A stretch of DNA of 47,792 nt, taken from contig JAUCBJ010006817.1 in the NCBI GenBank assembly GCA_032718475.1, positions 1 to 47,792 of the forward strand, in the 5' to 3' direction. The position numbers and the translations under genes are program-made. The DNA is from Nemertoderma westbladi. Lineage: Eukaryota; Animalia; Xenacoelomorpha. The notes under the pieces were generated by a model that worked only from the letters and a program-made list of their open reading frames with translations, was not told the DNA's origin and made no database searches. This document shows positions 10,357 to 22,830 of this stretch, piece after piece (positions within the stretch are counted from its first letter, which is position 1; every line of letters begins with the position of its first letter).

Positions 10357-13300
10357 ATGGAGAACTTCGCCGAGGCTACTCTACGGGGTCGCAAGAAGTC
10401 CACAAAGAAGGCCATCACTTATCAGATCCGCGAGATAACCGCTCTGGATCCTGACACCCCCGAGCTCCAAGGACACCTGGCGCTACACACCGGTCGACTA
10501 CAGCAGCGAAAGGCGACCCTGCTGGAAGTCTTCGAGCTTCTTCTATTGAAGTCTGAGGATGAAGAAGCCACCGAACTACTGTCAGACGAAATGGAGGCTG
10601 AACGGGATCGAATCTTAGAGGCCGAACTCCATCTGGAACAGCTCCAGAAACTCTTCCCGGCCAATCAACCGGCACCTCCTTCTGACTGCGACTCTACTGC
10701 GTCGTCTGCTGCTGCTGGCGTTGAGGCCATCCTGTCTGCCTCAACGCTCCCTAAACTGTCGCTGCCCACCTTCTCGGGCGATCCCCTGGATTGGCGGCAG
10801 TTCTACGACCAGTTCGTTGCTCTGGTCGACTTCGACAAGTCGACTGTCTCCCCTGCGGCCAAGTTCGTTCACCTGAAGAACTGCCTACGGGGTCCTGCTC
10901 TCGCCGCCGTGCAGGGCATCAAGTGTGGCAACGGTGCCTACGCCGCGGCCACCAAAGAACTCCTCTCTCGGTTTGGTCAACCAAACGTTTTGATTGCTCT
11001 GTACAGCCAGAGGATCGTCAACGCCCCAGCAGTCACCAGTGATAACCCGGATCAACTCCGAACTCTGGTCGACACCTTCTCTGCCTCCGTCAGATAGATG
11101 GAGTCTCTATTCGAGGACATGGAGACGACAGGGCTCAATGGGGAGCGCGCCACATGTGCCTTCTCTACAAAGTTAGCTGGACTCCTCCTGGCTCCACAGC
11201 TGATGTCCAAGCTCCCTAAGACGATTGTGTTGGAATGGAATCGCCGGAACACCGAACCTGCCGGTCGTCACAACCTCGAGGCGTTGCTCAACTTCCTCAA
11301 GACTGAGCTGGAGGGCCTCGAGGCCTATAGACGCTCTGGAGAGCCGCCCAAGCGTCCCGACTCTCGACCTCCATCTACCAACACTCGACCAAACCAGAAA
11401 CCCTCGGTCACCTTCTCTGCTAAAACTCCGATGCCTCCTCGGATCAAAGACCTCCCTAGCGGTGAGCGGCTCGCAGCAGTGAGGGCGCAACGTCTCTGCA
11501 GCAACTGCCTGGCTGGTGGCCATATTGTGTCCACCTGCCCACAACCTCCCAGCTGCAGGGTGTGTCCTTTAAAACACCACGGGTTGCTCCATATGGAACT
11601 CACTTCCCCCCCTGGGGGACCTTATAGGGTCGGCTCGTCCTCTACCTCTGGTGGGCGTCGTCCTGCTCCCTCTTATAATCCTCAACTGGATCCCTCGGTT
11701 CCAGAGTTTAGACCTCCTGCCAGGACTACGGTGGCCTGTCGAAGGCCAGACGTGGCACACCTGCAGACTGCCGTGGTGACCGCTAGCGACCCCCGCCAAA
11801 CTGCCTCTAGAAAGATCAGACTCCTCCTAGACACCGGGTCGGAGGAGTCCTACATAACCTCCGAACTCGCCGGCTACCTCGAGCTGCCGGTTCGAGACAG
11901 AGCCTCATTTGCCTCTGAGGCTTTCGGCGGCATTGTATCACCGACTCAGGATCGTTGTCAGGTGGACCTCCTCCTTAGCAAGGGAACCTCGTCCCTTGGC
12001 ATCCGAGCCTGGGTGGTGGACACTATCTGCTCCCCCCTGGGTCCACAAAACCTTAGATCCACCGACTGGATCACCATCGACCTGGCGGACCCTGACCCTT
12101 CAGCGGTTCGCCCCACAGACTTCCTCCTCGGCGCCGACCTCCTCCCTCGCGTCCTCCTTCCTGGGATGATCACCGAGAGCAGGGTCATGGCCCAGAATAC
12201 GATCTTTGGGTGGACCCTCCTTGGCAGTCGTACATCTGCCACACCCAGTCTCTCCCGAGCCTTCCGTGTGTGTACCAGGAGCCTGGACATCCTCTGGGAC
12301 CTGGAGACCATCGGGATAGAACATAAATGAGACGATGAGGGATCGGACTCCTTCATCAAACCGCGTCTCGTTCGTGGACGGTTCGAGATCGACCTCCCAT
12401 GGATCGACGACCGCAGACCATCCTCCAACTACGGCGGAGTCCCTTCACGCCGGCTGAGACCCCATCATCTCGAGGGACTCAAACAACTCGAGTCACTGGG
12501 GTACATTGAGAGACTCGTCTCTCCTCCCCCCAACGCATACTTCCTTCCTCACCATGCCGTGGTCCAGCATGGAAAGACTCGGGTCGTCTTCAATGGGGCA
12601 AAGAAATCTCCTAATGGCCTCTCGATCAACGACTGTCTGAAGATGGGGCCAAATCTCCTACCATTACTCTTCAACGTGGCTATACGTTTCAGAGTCTACC
12701 CTTGTGTGGCCGTCAGGGACATAGTGAAGGCCTTCCACCAAATCTCGATTGCTGACCACGACCGCGACTATCTCTGCATTCGGTGGCAAGACGAGGATGG
12801 AGAGGTGTTGAGCCACTTCGTGCGCCTCCCCTTCGGCCTGAACTGCTCCCCGAGCGCTCTACAATCCACTCTGCGTGTTCTGTTCGGCCTACCCGAGGGC
12901 TCTGCCCTTCCTCTACCAGTCCCGGACACTGACCACTCTGTCGTTCAACCCCAGGTCAGTGACCTCTCGTTCGCTGAACCTCAGGTCAGTGAACCCTCGG
13001 TCGTCGAACTCATGGTCGATGACCCCTCGATTGCCAAACCCCAGGTCGTTGACCCCTCGGCCATCGACCCCCACACTCTCTCACGACTCATTGAGAGCCT
13101 CTACGTCGATGACGTGGTGTTAGGGGGAGAGACTCCATCAGACGTGAATACACTCAGAGAAACTCTCACTGAGCTGTTGTCTCGCGCCTCGATGAACCTT
13201 CACAAGTGGAGGTCAACGAACCCCACTTGTGACGAGGAGAGTCTCCCAACTCGAGTACTGGGGATCCCTTGGGACCCCATCTCAGACGAGATCTCGGTCA

Positions 13301-15515
13301 ACCTCGAGAACGTGAACCCCCCTAAAGTCTTTACCAAACGAACTCTGCTCGCGTGTACAGCTTCAATCTTCGACCCTCTTGGTCTCCTCTCGCCCTGGAC
13401 CCTCTCTCTACGCCTGCAACTGCAGGACCTCTGGTGCGCCGGCTCTGGATGGGAACAGCGGCTGGACCCAGAAGCAGCCCGCCGCTGCCTGGAGCTCATC
13501 TCTCAGGTGCCAGCGATCCCTCCAACGCTGCCTCGAGACTGCTCCAACCCTGATCGCATCGAGATCTACGCCGATGCCTCGCTCAAGGCCTATGCCGCCT
13601 GCCTCTACACGTTTCATGGGGGCACACGAACTCTACTCTGCGCCAAAGCGCGCGCTGCCCCCCTAAAGCCGAAGCCATCCTTACCTCGGCTTGAATTGAT
13701 GGCGGCCCTCCTGGGGGCACGTCTTTATGGCTCCATTATCAAGGCCCACAAGGACTTCCCTGATGTAGAAGCTATCTTCCACTCCGACTCCACCATAACT
13801 CTCGCCTGGCTGAGTAAACCTCCCAACACCTGGAAGACCTTCGTAAGAAACCGGGTGCGCGACATCCAGGTCCTCGCGCCCTTCCATCTCTGGCACCACA
13901 TACCCGGGTGCCAGAACCCTGCCGACATTGGCACTCGAGGTTATGACCTTGGAGCTCTCGCCTCTTCGAGCTGGTGGCTCGGCCCCTCTGGTAACCTTCA
14001 CACCGCCGACACCTCGGCGATTGACCCCCAGGTCACTGACCTCCAACATGTGACAATGGAGCGCCGATCTCTATTGACTAAACTCATCATGGGGAGCGAG
14101 CAAGTGGTTGACCTTAAACGGTTTTCTAACCTGACCCGAGCAGTTCGGGTCATGGCCTGGGTCTCTCGATTCATCAGTAACTGCAGGGTTCGTCGGCGAA
14201 CCCGCAGCTCTGCCGCCACTGGGCCTCTCAGCAAAGTGGAACGAGACCGCGCCCTTGTTCAGCTGTTCTACCTGGAACAGCGAGCAACTATGTCTAACGA
14301 CATCGACCTAATCCAGGATGGCGACACCCGGGAATCCTCTCTATGGCCCTTCCGGCCATTTATCGACACAGCAACCAACCTGGTCAGTGGATGCCCTCGA
14401 ACCCAAGAACTATCCCTGCCTCTGCTGCCCAAGGGTTCCCCCCTCGCTCGCCTACTCGCCTGGGACGTCCACATCGTCACAAAACATGGTGGAGTCCCCA
14501 CAATGATGTCTGAACTCAGTAAGACCATGTGGATCGCAGGTCTGCGTTCGATCTGTAAGAAGATCTGCGTCCCCTGCCGCCGCTTCAACTCCCGCCACTT
14601 CTGCACCCCAGAGGGGGCGCTTCCTGACTTCCGGGTAAGGCCGGGGGTCATACCCTTCCAGTCCACCGGCTTGGACTACGCTGGTGGTCTCAATAACAAT
14701 GAAGGGGAGAAGCGCTACATCCTTCTCCTCACCTGCGCGTCTACCCGCGCACTACACCTCCCGGACTCGAGTTGACCTCCCGGATGGACGCCGAGGACAC
14801 CCACAACGCCCTGCGTCGTTTCGCGGCCAGACGGGGTGTTCCTGAGGTGTTGTACTCAGACAACGCCGCTACCTTCAAACTACTCAGTAAAGTTCTGGCC
14901 GGAACCGAGTGGCGATTCATTCCGGTCCACGCCCCCTGGCATGGTGGCTTCTGGGAGAGGATGGTTGGGGTAGTGAAGCAGGCGCTCAGGAAGAGTCTGG
15001 GGCGCGCTGCACTCACAGACGATGAACTGCGAACTGTGCTGGCAGAGGTTGAAGCGACAGCCAATCGTCGGCCCCTCGTACAATCCCCTGACAGCAGCAC
15101 CGAACCGTTAACTCCCGCTCACTTTCTGTTCGGTGGCACTCCGCCACCTCTTGCGCCATTGGCCCTCCTCTCTCCTAAGGACTACCCCCAATCTCTCTCT
15201 TCCTCATCCCGTCGCTCTGCTAAGGAGTTGAGGAGCAGCTGGCGCCGATCTGTGGCAGCTACCGAGGCGATCTGGAAGCACTGGACCTCCGAGTACCTGC
15301 CCACACTTCGATCCTGGCGTAGGAAGCTGCGTCCTGCACCAAAGGTTGAGAGTGGGGCTATAGTCATCGTCGATACCCCTCTCAAGCCGCGATCGAGCTG
15401 GCCCCTTGGGAACGTCGTTCGGGTCCACCCTGGAGGACGCACAGCGGATGTCCGGGTCAATGGCCACGTGTCCTCGCGCCCCCTTGCTGGACTTGTCCCC
15501 CTCGAGGTAGACTGA
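10357..15515 (+). pseudogene. BEL/Pao gag-pol polyprotein, disrupted by 2 in-frame stops and one 8-bp insertion
   Basis: Gag LPKLSLPTFSGDPLDW; zinc knuckles CSNC..H..C and CRVC..HH..LH; protease LLDTGS; RT PFGLNCSP, YVDD; RNase H YADAS..PRLELMAA..HSDS..NPAD; integrase GLDYAG, YSDNA, GGFWERMV. One frame from 10357 to 14760 with TAG 11095-97 and TGA 12328-30; frameshift at 14761-14768. Confidence 0.95.
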
Positions 15516-15771
15516 CTCGCGCTCTCTGCGTCTATGTACTGTTTGTTTGGACTTAAATTGTAGTTCTTTCATTGTTGTTGAGATTTCAACGCTTATATTA
15601 CTCTGTCTTACTTTATTCTGATATTTATATTAGTGTATTGCATTATATTACTTTATCTTACCTATATTGACCTATATTGTCTGTATGCACTACTTTAACA
15701 TTGGTTTTCTTACTATTTGTTATTTTTGTATTTTCGGCGATTATCTATCGTCCTATTTTGAGCGATAAACT

Positions 15772-15781
15772 AGGAGGGGAG
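15772..15781 (+). promoter_or_regulatory. Polypurine tract
   Basis: AGGAGGGGAG immediately before the 3' LTR. Confidence 0.9.
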
Positions 15782-16275
15782 TGTAAATAATCGCCAGGTT
15801 GTCGACCGGAATTTCTAACTTTCTGTACCCGTTTTTTGGGATCGAGACGTAATCTGCTGTCTTTACAGCACTCTGTCCAACCTCCCTCTAGCGGGAAGGT
15901 TGACAGGCAATCTTAGGATCGAAACGTAGCTAACTGGCCACTCAGCAGTCTCCTTGGCTACCCAATCAGGACTCTTCCTGAGACGGTATTTAAGGAGCTG
16001 CTGGCCACTTTTTCCTCACTTCCAAGTCGACAACCTTTTCCTTGTGCAAACCCCTGCTTCAAAGTTTAGGGATTTAATTGTCTCCTCTTCTATTTCCTTA
16101 TTATTCAACGAACTATTATAAATAAACTCAGTTATCGCGCTCACTCAAAATCAACTTTTTCAACCTTCACCCTTCTACCTCTACTTTGGGAGCCGTCACA
16201 TAGTTGCACTCCCTTCGGCAACTGGGATTCTAAAATCGAAGACTCTCTGCATCTCTCAACGCCCAGTTCGCCACA
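15782..16275 (+). repeat. 3' LTR of the BEL/Pao element
   Basis: 494-bp direct repeat of 9828-10321. Confidence 0.98.
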
Positions 16276-16387
16276 CTAATAGATACACAAACATTATACT
16301 TGTAGAAATAGCTGAGTAAGATTTTATTGACCGAATACCAAGGCATCTTTTAATTAATACAGGCCATGCAGGAGAGATTTATTCATC

Positions 16388-17172
16388 TATCCGGCCACTT
16401 CAGTCAGAGACACTGACTTTGCAGATGTCATTTCCCTGCTTTCTACTATGCTGATGGATGGATAGCTTATACTGAATAAAGTTGAGAGGACTGCTAAGGA
16501 GATTGGATTGCATATTAATGCTACCAAGCCTAAATTCATTACTTTTAATGTTAATGGAAACTTGACCACAATTGATAATAATCCACTAAGGAAGGTTGAT
16601 GAGACTTCGAGTACCTTGGTGTCCTTGAATCATTGATAGAAATTCAGTAATAAAGTCATAGAAGTTAGGAAAGCAAAGGCATCTAAAATCTATCAAAAAT
16701 GGATACCATCTGGAAATCAGACTTCACCCACCACTCGAAGACCAAGATCTTCTACATGTAGGTCTTTCGAACCACAGTGGAAAGTGTATTTTTATATGGT
16801 GGTTAGACTTGGACACAGACGAACTCGACTTGTTACACAAGACTAATAAGGGTAGCCCTAAACATCATCTGGGGCAACTATAACACAAGGCAAATGTTGA
16901 GCCTTATGGTACAATACCACCTGCATCAACCACTGTCATGAAAACAGATTAGGTTTCACTGGACACTGCTGGAGAAGTAAACATGAGATCATACCAGATC
17001 TACTTTTCTGGCAACCAACACAAGGGAAGCGTCACTGTAGACGACCAGTTATGACATTTATAGACCAACTTGTAAGGGAAACTGGGGTTGGGAGAAACGA
17101 TATTACAACAACTATGGAGAAATGACAGGATTTAATTACCACTTTTCCAAGCTCGCTCGACCTAGTTGTTGT
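16388..17172 (+). pseudogene. Degraded 5'-truncated RTE LINE (family B)
   Basis: Colinear with 43550-44346 (DTDFAD.., MDTIWKSD.., TVESVFLYG..); same 3' end gctcgacctag followed by a short triplet tail. Confidence 0.85.
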
Positions 17173-18299
17173 TAAAACACCATCAATGTTATTATTTAAT
17201 TATTATCATGGAATGTCCACTGCTGGCAACCAAGTTTCCTCTTGCCAGCTAGCTGCTATGGCAAAATATCATGCACAAGATACACTGTTAAGAGACATTC
17301 ATAGTGCATAGTTTTTCGCAATAATAAAGATCTTTGTCCAGATCTTTGTCCTGGTCATTCAAACCTTCGTCAGTGAATGATAAATAACTGATGTGTGTTG
17401 CCTTTGGCCCCTTCGAACTTAGTATTTTATAAAGTATAGTGCTTGGTCGCTTACAAAGGCTGCACTCACACCAGGATGAAGGTCCGAATCGAATGGTCCA
17501 AATAGGGTTAATAAGGTCAGAAAAATAGCACATTCTGAATTTTGGACATTTATGAATAGAAAAATGATAGTGGCTATAAAGCCATATTTTGGACGATATT
17601 TATATAAAAAATCACACCTTCTCTACTGTGGGTCATTGTTGTGGTCCACAACCACCAAGCCATCACAATCATTATGCCACCACCATGACATGGGTGCCAT
17701 AACCACCCAGATTCTACTGCACTTATGCCACTACATCCAGCAGGCACCACTACCATTATGACACCATATCCACTGGTGCCATCACCATCATGTCAACACA
17801 TATACTCTGGAGGTGCCATTTTCATGTTACTACATTCACACCATCCACCCATTACCATGGCCATCATGTTGCCAGATCAACCCGGGAAAATGTTATCACA
17901 AACACTCCAGTGCCACCATCATTATTCACTACATCCATTCTCTAACTAATTAATGCAATGCCTTTGTATGTATATATGGCTAATTATATTAATTAAATAT
18001 ATTATCATCAAGTTCATCAATTTGATTCAGAGCCATATGGAAAATATAAATATTAGTACAAACATATGAAATTACATAGTTATACTGAAGCTTATTTTAA
18101 CTAATAATTTACAAACAACGTCTGACTAATGCTAATTTGCCCTAAATCTCTGCCTGCATTGTCTGTATTAAAGAATGCCTTCCCATAAAGCTAGTTAAAG
18201 ATAGGAGTTACTTCTCCAGCAGTGCCCCCTGAATCGTGTCTTCATTCAGGTAGAGTAGTTGAAACAGATTGTATCGTAAAGCTCAGTGTTTGTCATGTG

Positions 18300-18580
18300 T
18301 CTCTAACTGATGTTTATGGCAGCCCTTACTAGTCTTGTGTAACAACCATAAATTCGTTGTTCATGTGATTTGTCAGTGTTAACACACCCATATAAAAGTA
18401 TACTTTCAACTAGGCTTTTAAACAACTTGGCCTTCAGGCAATATGAAAAGTCGTGAGTTATTGATGGTATCTATTTATTTATCTACACATGCCTTTGGTT
18501 TCCTAACTTCTATTTATTTTCTTCTGCTCTCTAGGAATGACTCAAGGTACTGGAAGTCACCATCGTTCCGTTAATGTCTG
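18300..18580 (-). pseudogene. Highly degraded RTE LINE fragment (family B)
   Basis: Reverse complement resembles 43770-44030 (gacttccagtacc.., gaagttaggaaa.., ggttgttacacaagactagtaagggc). Confidence 0.6.
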
Positions 18581-19019
18581 TCAAAAATGGTCTGTTCAGT
18601 GCTCCTCTTTCCCATACCTCTCTGAAGGGATTTCATATAACCCACTTGTACCAACTGTATAAGTACATAATATAATGTGCTGTACAATAGATGGAAAAAT
18701 TAACTTGACAAATTTACACTGAATCCATCCCACTTCCCTAATGATTTGTAGTTCCTTCTTTGTACTGTTGAACCATAAGCTCTATGATCGATATAAATTC
18801 TACAGTAAGTAAAATCAATAATAACTTAAGACATATGCATAAGGACGTTCCTGTGAATGTATATGGTATATTAGTCTCCAACCATATGTATGTACCTGAT
18901 ATACAACAGGAATGATGAGTTTTTATGATGGCTTGGAAATACTGTAGTATAGCCACATGCAGATTGTCCATTACCACTGGTTTTAATGACTGTAAGTATA
19001 AAGTAAAAAAAAAGTAAAT

Positions 19020-19272
19020 TTTATTCAGCCGTTAGGAAAGGGAATACGTACAAAGTCTGACGTCTTATTTCCAGTGTGGTCCCCCTGGAACTATACTCCA
19101 CAGAGGAAACTCAAGTACTCATTTAGCTACCATTTTAGGATGCAAGGCAGATATGCGCCCTCGCTAGACCTTTCAAATCATTCGTGCCGAAACGAATACC
19201 CAGAGGTGGGGGGTTTAACACACAACCTCCGGGAGATGTGAATTTAATGTAACCACTACACCATGGTGGCTA
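19020..19272 (-). mobile_element. Probable tRNA-derived SINE
   Basis: Minus strand begins gccaccaTGGTGTAGTGGtta (A box), then a degenerate B box (gtgttaaaccc), a body and a T-rich tail near 19005. Confidence 0.5.
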
Positions 19273-19839
19273 CTGGCAAAAACATTAGTATGAAATCATC
19301 ATAAACCGAAACTATAATGTACTCCAAGGACACTAACATCAACATCATCAATAACATCCTATTGTCAAATTTATGACTGGCCTGAAGTTGTGCAAGCTTA
19401 CTCAATCTACTACTATTCCATCATTCACAGGTACAACCAGTGAGCAGGGTTATATTTTCATGTCCGTTGAAAGCAATCACTATGTCCACTGATATTGACT
19501 TTTAAAAGTATGTTTTTTCGGTATCTCCACTGCAGATTTCTTAGGCTATCTGTAGCAGAATCAGTATAGAGCAGTATATTGTATGTATTAAGCCTAAACA
19601 TTATAAATAATTATACTCAATTTTAATACAATAGGTAGTTTTTGTTCTAAATTCTGTATTGAACAAGTATTTATTAAATTGATGCTACAAAAACTAAATG
19701 GACTTAACGATAGATACTGATACTGTGATATGTACTGTACTTTTGTAAATGACAGTATGATTGTAATTAATTAACTAATTTCAGAATTTTAGTGTAGGTG
19801 CTGAGCACTGCTAGTTACAGTTTGTTTTGGATAACAACT

Positions 19840-20385
19840 GCCACAATCAATTGCCTCCAACGTAATTTATCTAGTATAACGGACTATCTCTCTGGACTTA
19901 ATAATAAATTTGACTTCTTGGCCTTCACGGAAACCTCCTCAAAATATGATAATCGGCTGGACCTTTTAAATATATCTGGCTATAATAAACCATATTTAGA
20001 GCATAGAACTGATTGTCGGAGGGCGTGTCGGAGGGCCAGTGGAGGCGCGGCAATCTATGTTCGCGAAGGTTTATCTAGTTGTGTTCGTGGCGACCTCAAA
20101 TTAAAAAATTCTGAGAATATTTGGATTGAAGTAAAAGCAAAGAATCCAAATAAACCATTAATAATTATTGGGTGCATTTACCGCCCTGATGAATTTAAAT
20201 TTGATGATTTTGTTTCAGAGTTTGACGCTACATTAAATAAGTTATCTGGAAAATGTCGTGATGTTATTATATGTGGGGATTTTAACGTTGATCTTTAAAA
20301 AAAATAATCACAGTGTCGCGTATAATAATTTAATTAATTCACATGGCTTGAAACAAATAAATACTGTGCCAACCCGCATTTATAA
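19840..20385 (+). pseudogene. CR1/L2-group LINE apurinic-endonuclease fragment
   Basis: FDFLAFTET..GGAAIYVR..ENIWIEV..GCIYRP..ICGDFNVDL..LKQINTVPTRI (frameshift near 20297). Confidence 0.88.
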
Positions 20386-20479
20386 AAATTTCCGTACTTT
20401 ATGGGGGGGGGGGGGGGGGGTACCCCCCTCAGGTCAAAATTAAATATATATTTAATATATAAATATATAAATATAATTG

Positions 20480-20915
20480 TAAGGAAACCAAGATCAACCA
20501 CGTTAAATAAAAATTATAAGAAATTACACAAGCTTTCGAAATAATATAATATTTCTTTTTCAAGTGATTTAAATAATTAAATAAATAAATAGCTAATTCA
20601 TTACAGTTTCCATGAAAATTAAGCGTCTACAGTACATTAGTCTACATAATGAGTTCTCTAATCTGGATTAAATACGTCTAAGCCGAAATTATTGCAAACC
20701 GCTTCATTTATAGTGTTGAGACCAAATGGCTTGATTGTTCTTAAGGTGCACTGCCAGTATCCTTCCCTTGTACGAATCTCCCGTCGCTGATCTTTCTTTC
20801 CCCTGCCTTTGTAATGAACCTTTTCAATGGGTGTTATTTCGAAATGCGAAAAATCATGGTTTTCATTTTTACAAAAATGTTTCTCTATAGTCGTTTGTGG
20901 CTTATGATTCTTTAT
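20480..20915 (-). mobile_element. Penelope-like element 3' fragment (GIY-YIG endonuclease C-terminus plus pseudo-LTR)
   Basis: Minus strand reads IKNHKPQTTIEKHFCKNENHDFSHFEITPIEKV..REGYWQCTLRTIKPFGLN; a hammerhead-like motif lies downstream. Confidence 0.8.
20525..20568 (-). ncRNA. Penelope-type minimal hammerhead-ribozyme-like motif (variant core)
   Basis: cac-TTGAAAAA-gaaata(ttatat)tatttc-GAAA-gctt-gtg: stem II plus palindromic AAGCTT stem III. Confidence 0.6.
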
Positions 20916-21144
20916 ATTACACTTATATTGTGATAGCCTTGGTTTAAATGTTTCTGTTGATTTTATATTTAATATATATATATTTGTGAGTTTTTTATTA
21001 CATATTGAACAGTTGTCTAATGGACAAGTTGTCTACTAGTAATAACAAATGGGAACCATCATATAGCAATAGCTGGTAATTAATAATAATTATGGGGAAC
21101 AACCATAATGTTATTTTTTTTAATTTCACAAGCTCTGAGAATAA

Positions 21145-21335
21145 TTCACGTGCTGTGCGAAGTCTTCATGTGCTGCATGAACATTTCATGTACCGCGTGA
21201 AACATTCGCTTCTCATCCTGATCAAGACGCTTTCCGAGCTGCTCGATTAATTAACGTGCTTTATGAACACTTTAAGTGCTACGTTAAACCTTCACGTGCT
21301 GCGCGAATGTCCTATGTGCTGCGCGAAGGTTCATT
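21145..21335. repeat. Degenerate ~21-bp repeats (ttcacgtgctgcgcgaa)
   Basis: About 5-6 diverged copies of the ttca[c/t]gtgctg[c/t]g[c/t]gaa motif. Confidence 0.55.
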
Positions 21336-21569
21336 GTTCTGTGTAAAAGCTTATTATAAAAGTATGCGGAAATTTTTATATAATTTTGAATGTTTGTTAA
21401 GGTTTTTAAAAGTGGGTAGGGGTTTATTTGAACCAAATTTCATGAAATACATTGAGAAATTAGAAAATATGGATAGGGAAACCAATGGGAAAAGAAAAGG
21501 AGATACCAGTACGTGAAAATAGCGGGAACATTTTGAAATATATTGTTCTTAAACTTTAAATGCGTCAAT

Positions 21570-21782
21570 GTATCACGGTTAACGGTTACCTGGGGATCTT
21601 TCACCTCCAGGTCTTTTTCTGTATCCAGTGGTGTTAGGCAAGGTAGCCTTCTGAGTCCATTATTATTTGGTATCTATTGTGATCGTCTTGTACCAGCCTT
21701 AACAATGTCTATGTTGGTTGTCGGATAAATAATACAATTATTAGCCACTTACTCTTCTATGCAGACGACTTGTGCTTATTCC
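21570..21782 (+). pseudogene. Non-LTR retrotransposon RT core fragment
   Basis: SRSFSVSSGVRQGSLLSPLLFGIYCD..VGCRINNTIISHLLFYADDLCL (frameshifted). Confidence 0.85.
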
Positions 21783-22830
21783 AGAGGTAGTTCCAGTACC
21801 GGTACTATCAGACTGTTGGTGCAGTAGTGGTGTAGTTATAGTAGTGCTGTTAGTTTAAGTAGTATTATAAATCCGGCCCTGTCAGCAGAGAGTAAACTTG
21901 TTGAACTATCATCATGCAAAATTCCGTAGCATTTGTTGACCTCCGACTTGCTAAATACGGTTGTTGTATTAAGGGGGATGGTTTTGTAAAATAATACCTT
22001 CACAGCATGTGTAATTTACAGTATTACACATAAACCTTAGCAATTTACATCATCTATCTGTGATCCCACCCCCCTCCAGTAATCCCGAGATGGATTGTTT
22101 ATAGAAACCACTCATAGGCTACTGCTAGCAAACTAAGCTCTTCAAATCAGTGATTGAACTCTACAGTGAGATGCTGAAGGATTATTCATATTCATGCAGT
22201 ACTATTATGTATTATGTGTTATAAATATTATGTTAGGTCAGGTCAGGTCATGTCATGTCTTCTGGGTCATTGATCCAGAAAGCTTATAGCATAAACGAGG
22301 AGCCACTGGTGCTATTGGTGAACATGTGGAATGTCACTAGACAAGTCTCAGGAATTGAAGTATCAGAAAGTCATTTGACACCAGGTCGAGGTTACAAGAT
22401 CATGTTATACCAATAGTTGATCTAAGCATCCACAGATGGCACCTGTTTATGTTTCTTGGAGGTGTAAAGTTTTCTAGATCAAAGAAGCAGAAAACATTAC
22501 CTGATCTAATGACCTAATATCTATATCAAATTAAACTTGTTTCAGATTCGGAGACCACTTAAGGTGACATACTCAATTGTTTGAATTCAATGGTTTGACA
22601 AACTCAATTCAAAATATATCAAACATCTATATCAATACATACAAAATTACCAAGCATTAATATATAGCTTAATTTTTATATTTTTCTTAATGTACTTTTT
22701 TCACTTTTATTATATGACACAAATTTAGAATTGATTTCAATTTAAAATTCATTTACATTAGATTATCCAATTTGGTTCTATTAGAATTAGAAACAGCTTC
22801 ATTATGGCATACATTTAGTATTAAAATTCG

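Larger units (their letters stand above)
9828..16275 (+). mobile_element. Full-length BEL/Pao LTR retrotransposon, recently inserted
   Basis: TG...CA 494-bp LTRs, 5-bp TSD CTAAT (9823-9827 and 16276-16280), tRNA-Tyr-type PBS, PPT, domain order gag-PR-RT-RH-IN. Confidence 0.98.

Noticed and set aside
10415-15572. Many antisense and alternate-frame ORFs in the BEL element
   Set aside because: Expected shadow ORFs of a GC-rich coding region; no independent motifs.
15516-15781. Possible env gene in the BEL element
   Set aside because: Only 266 bp of T-rich non-coding sequence lies between the pol stop and the 3' LTR.
17552-17949. His/Pro-rich ORFs
   Set aside because: Degenerate (cac/cat)n low-complexity DNA with no consistent frame.
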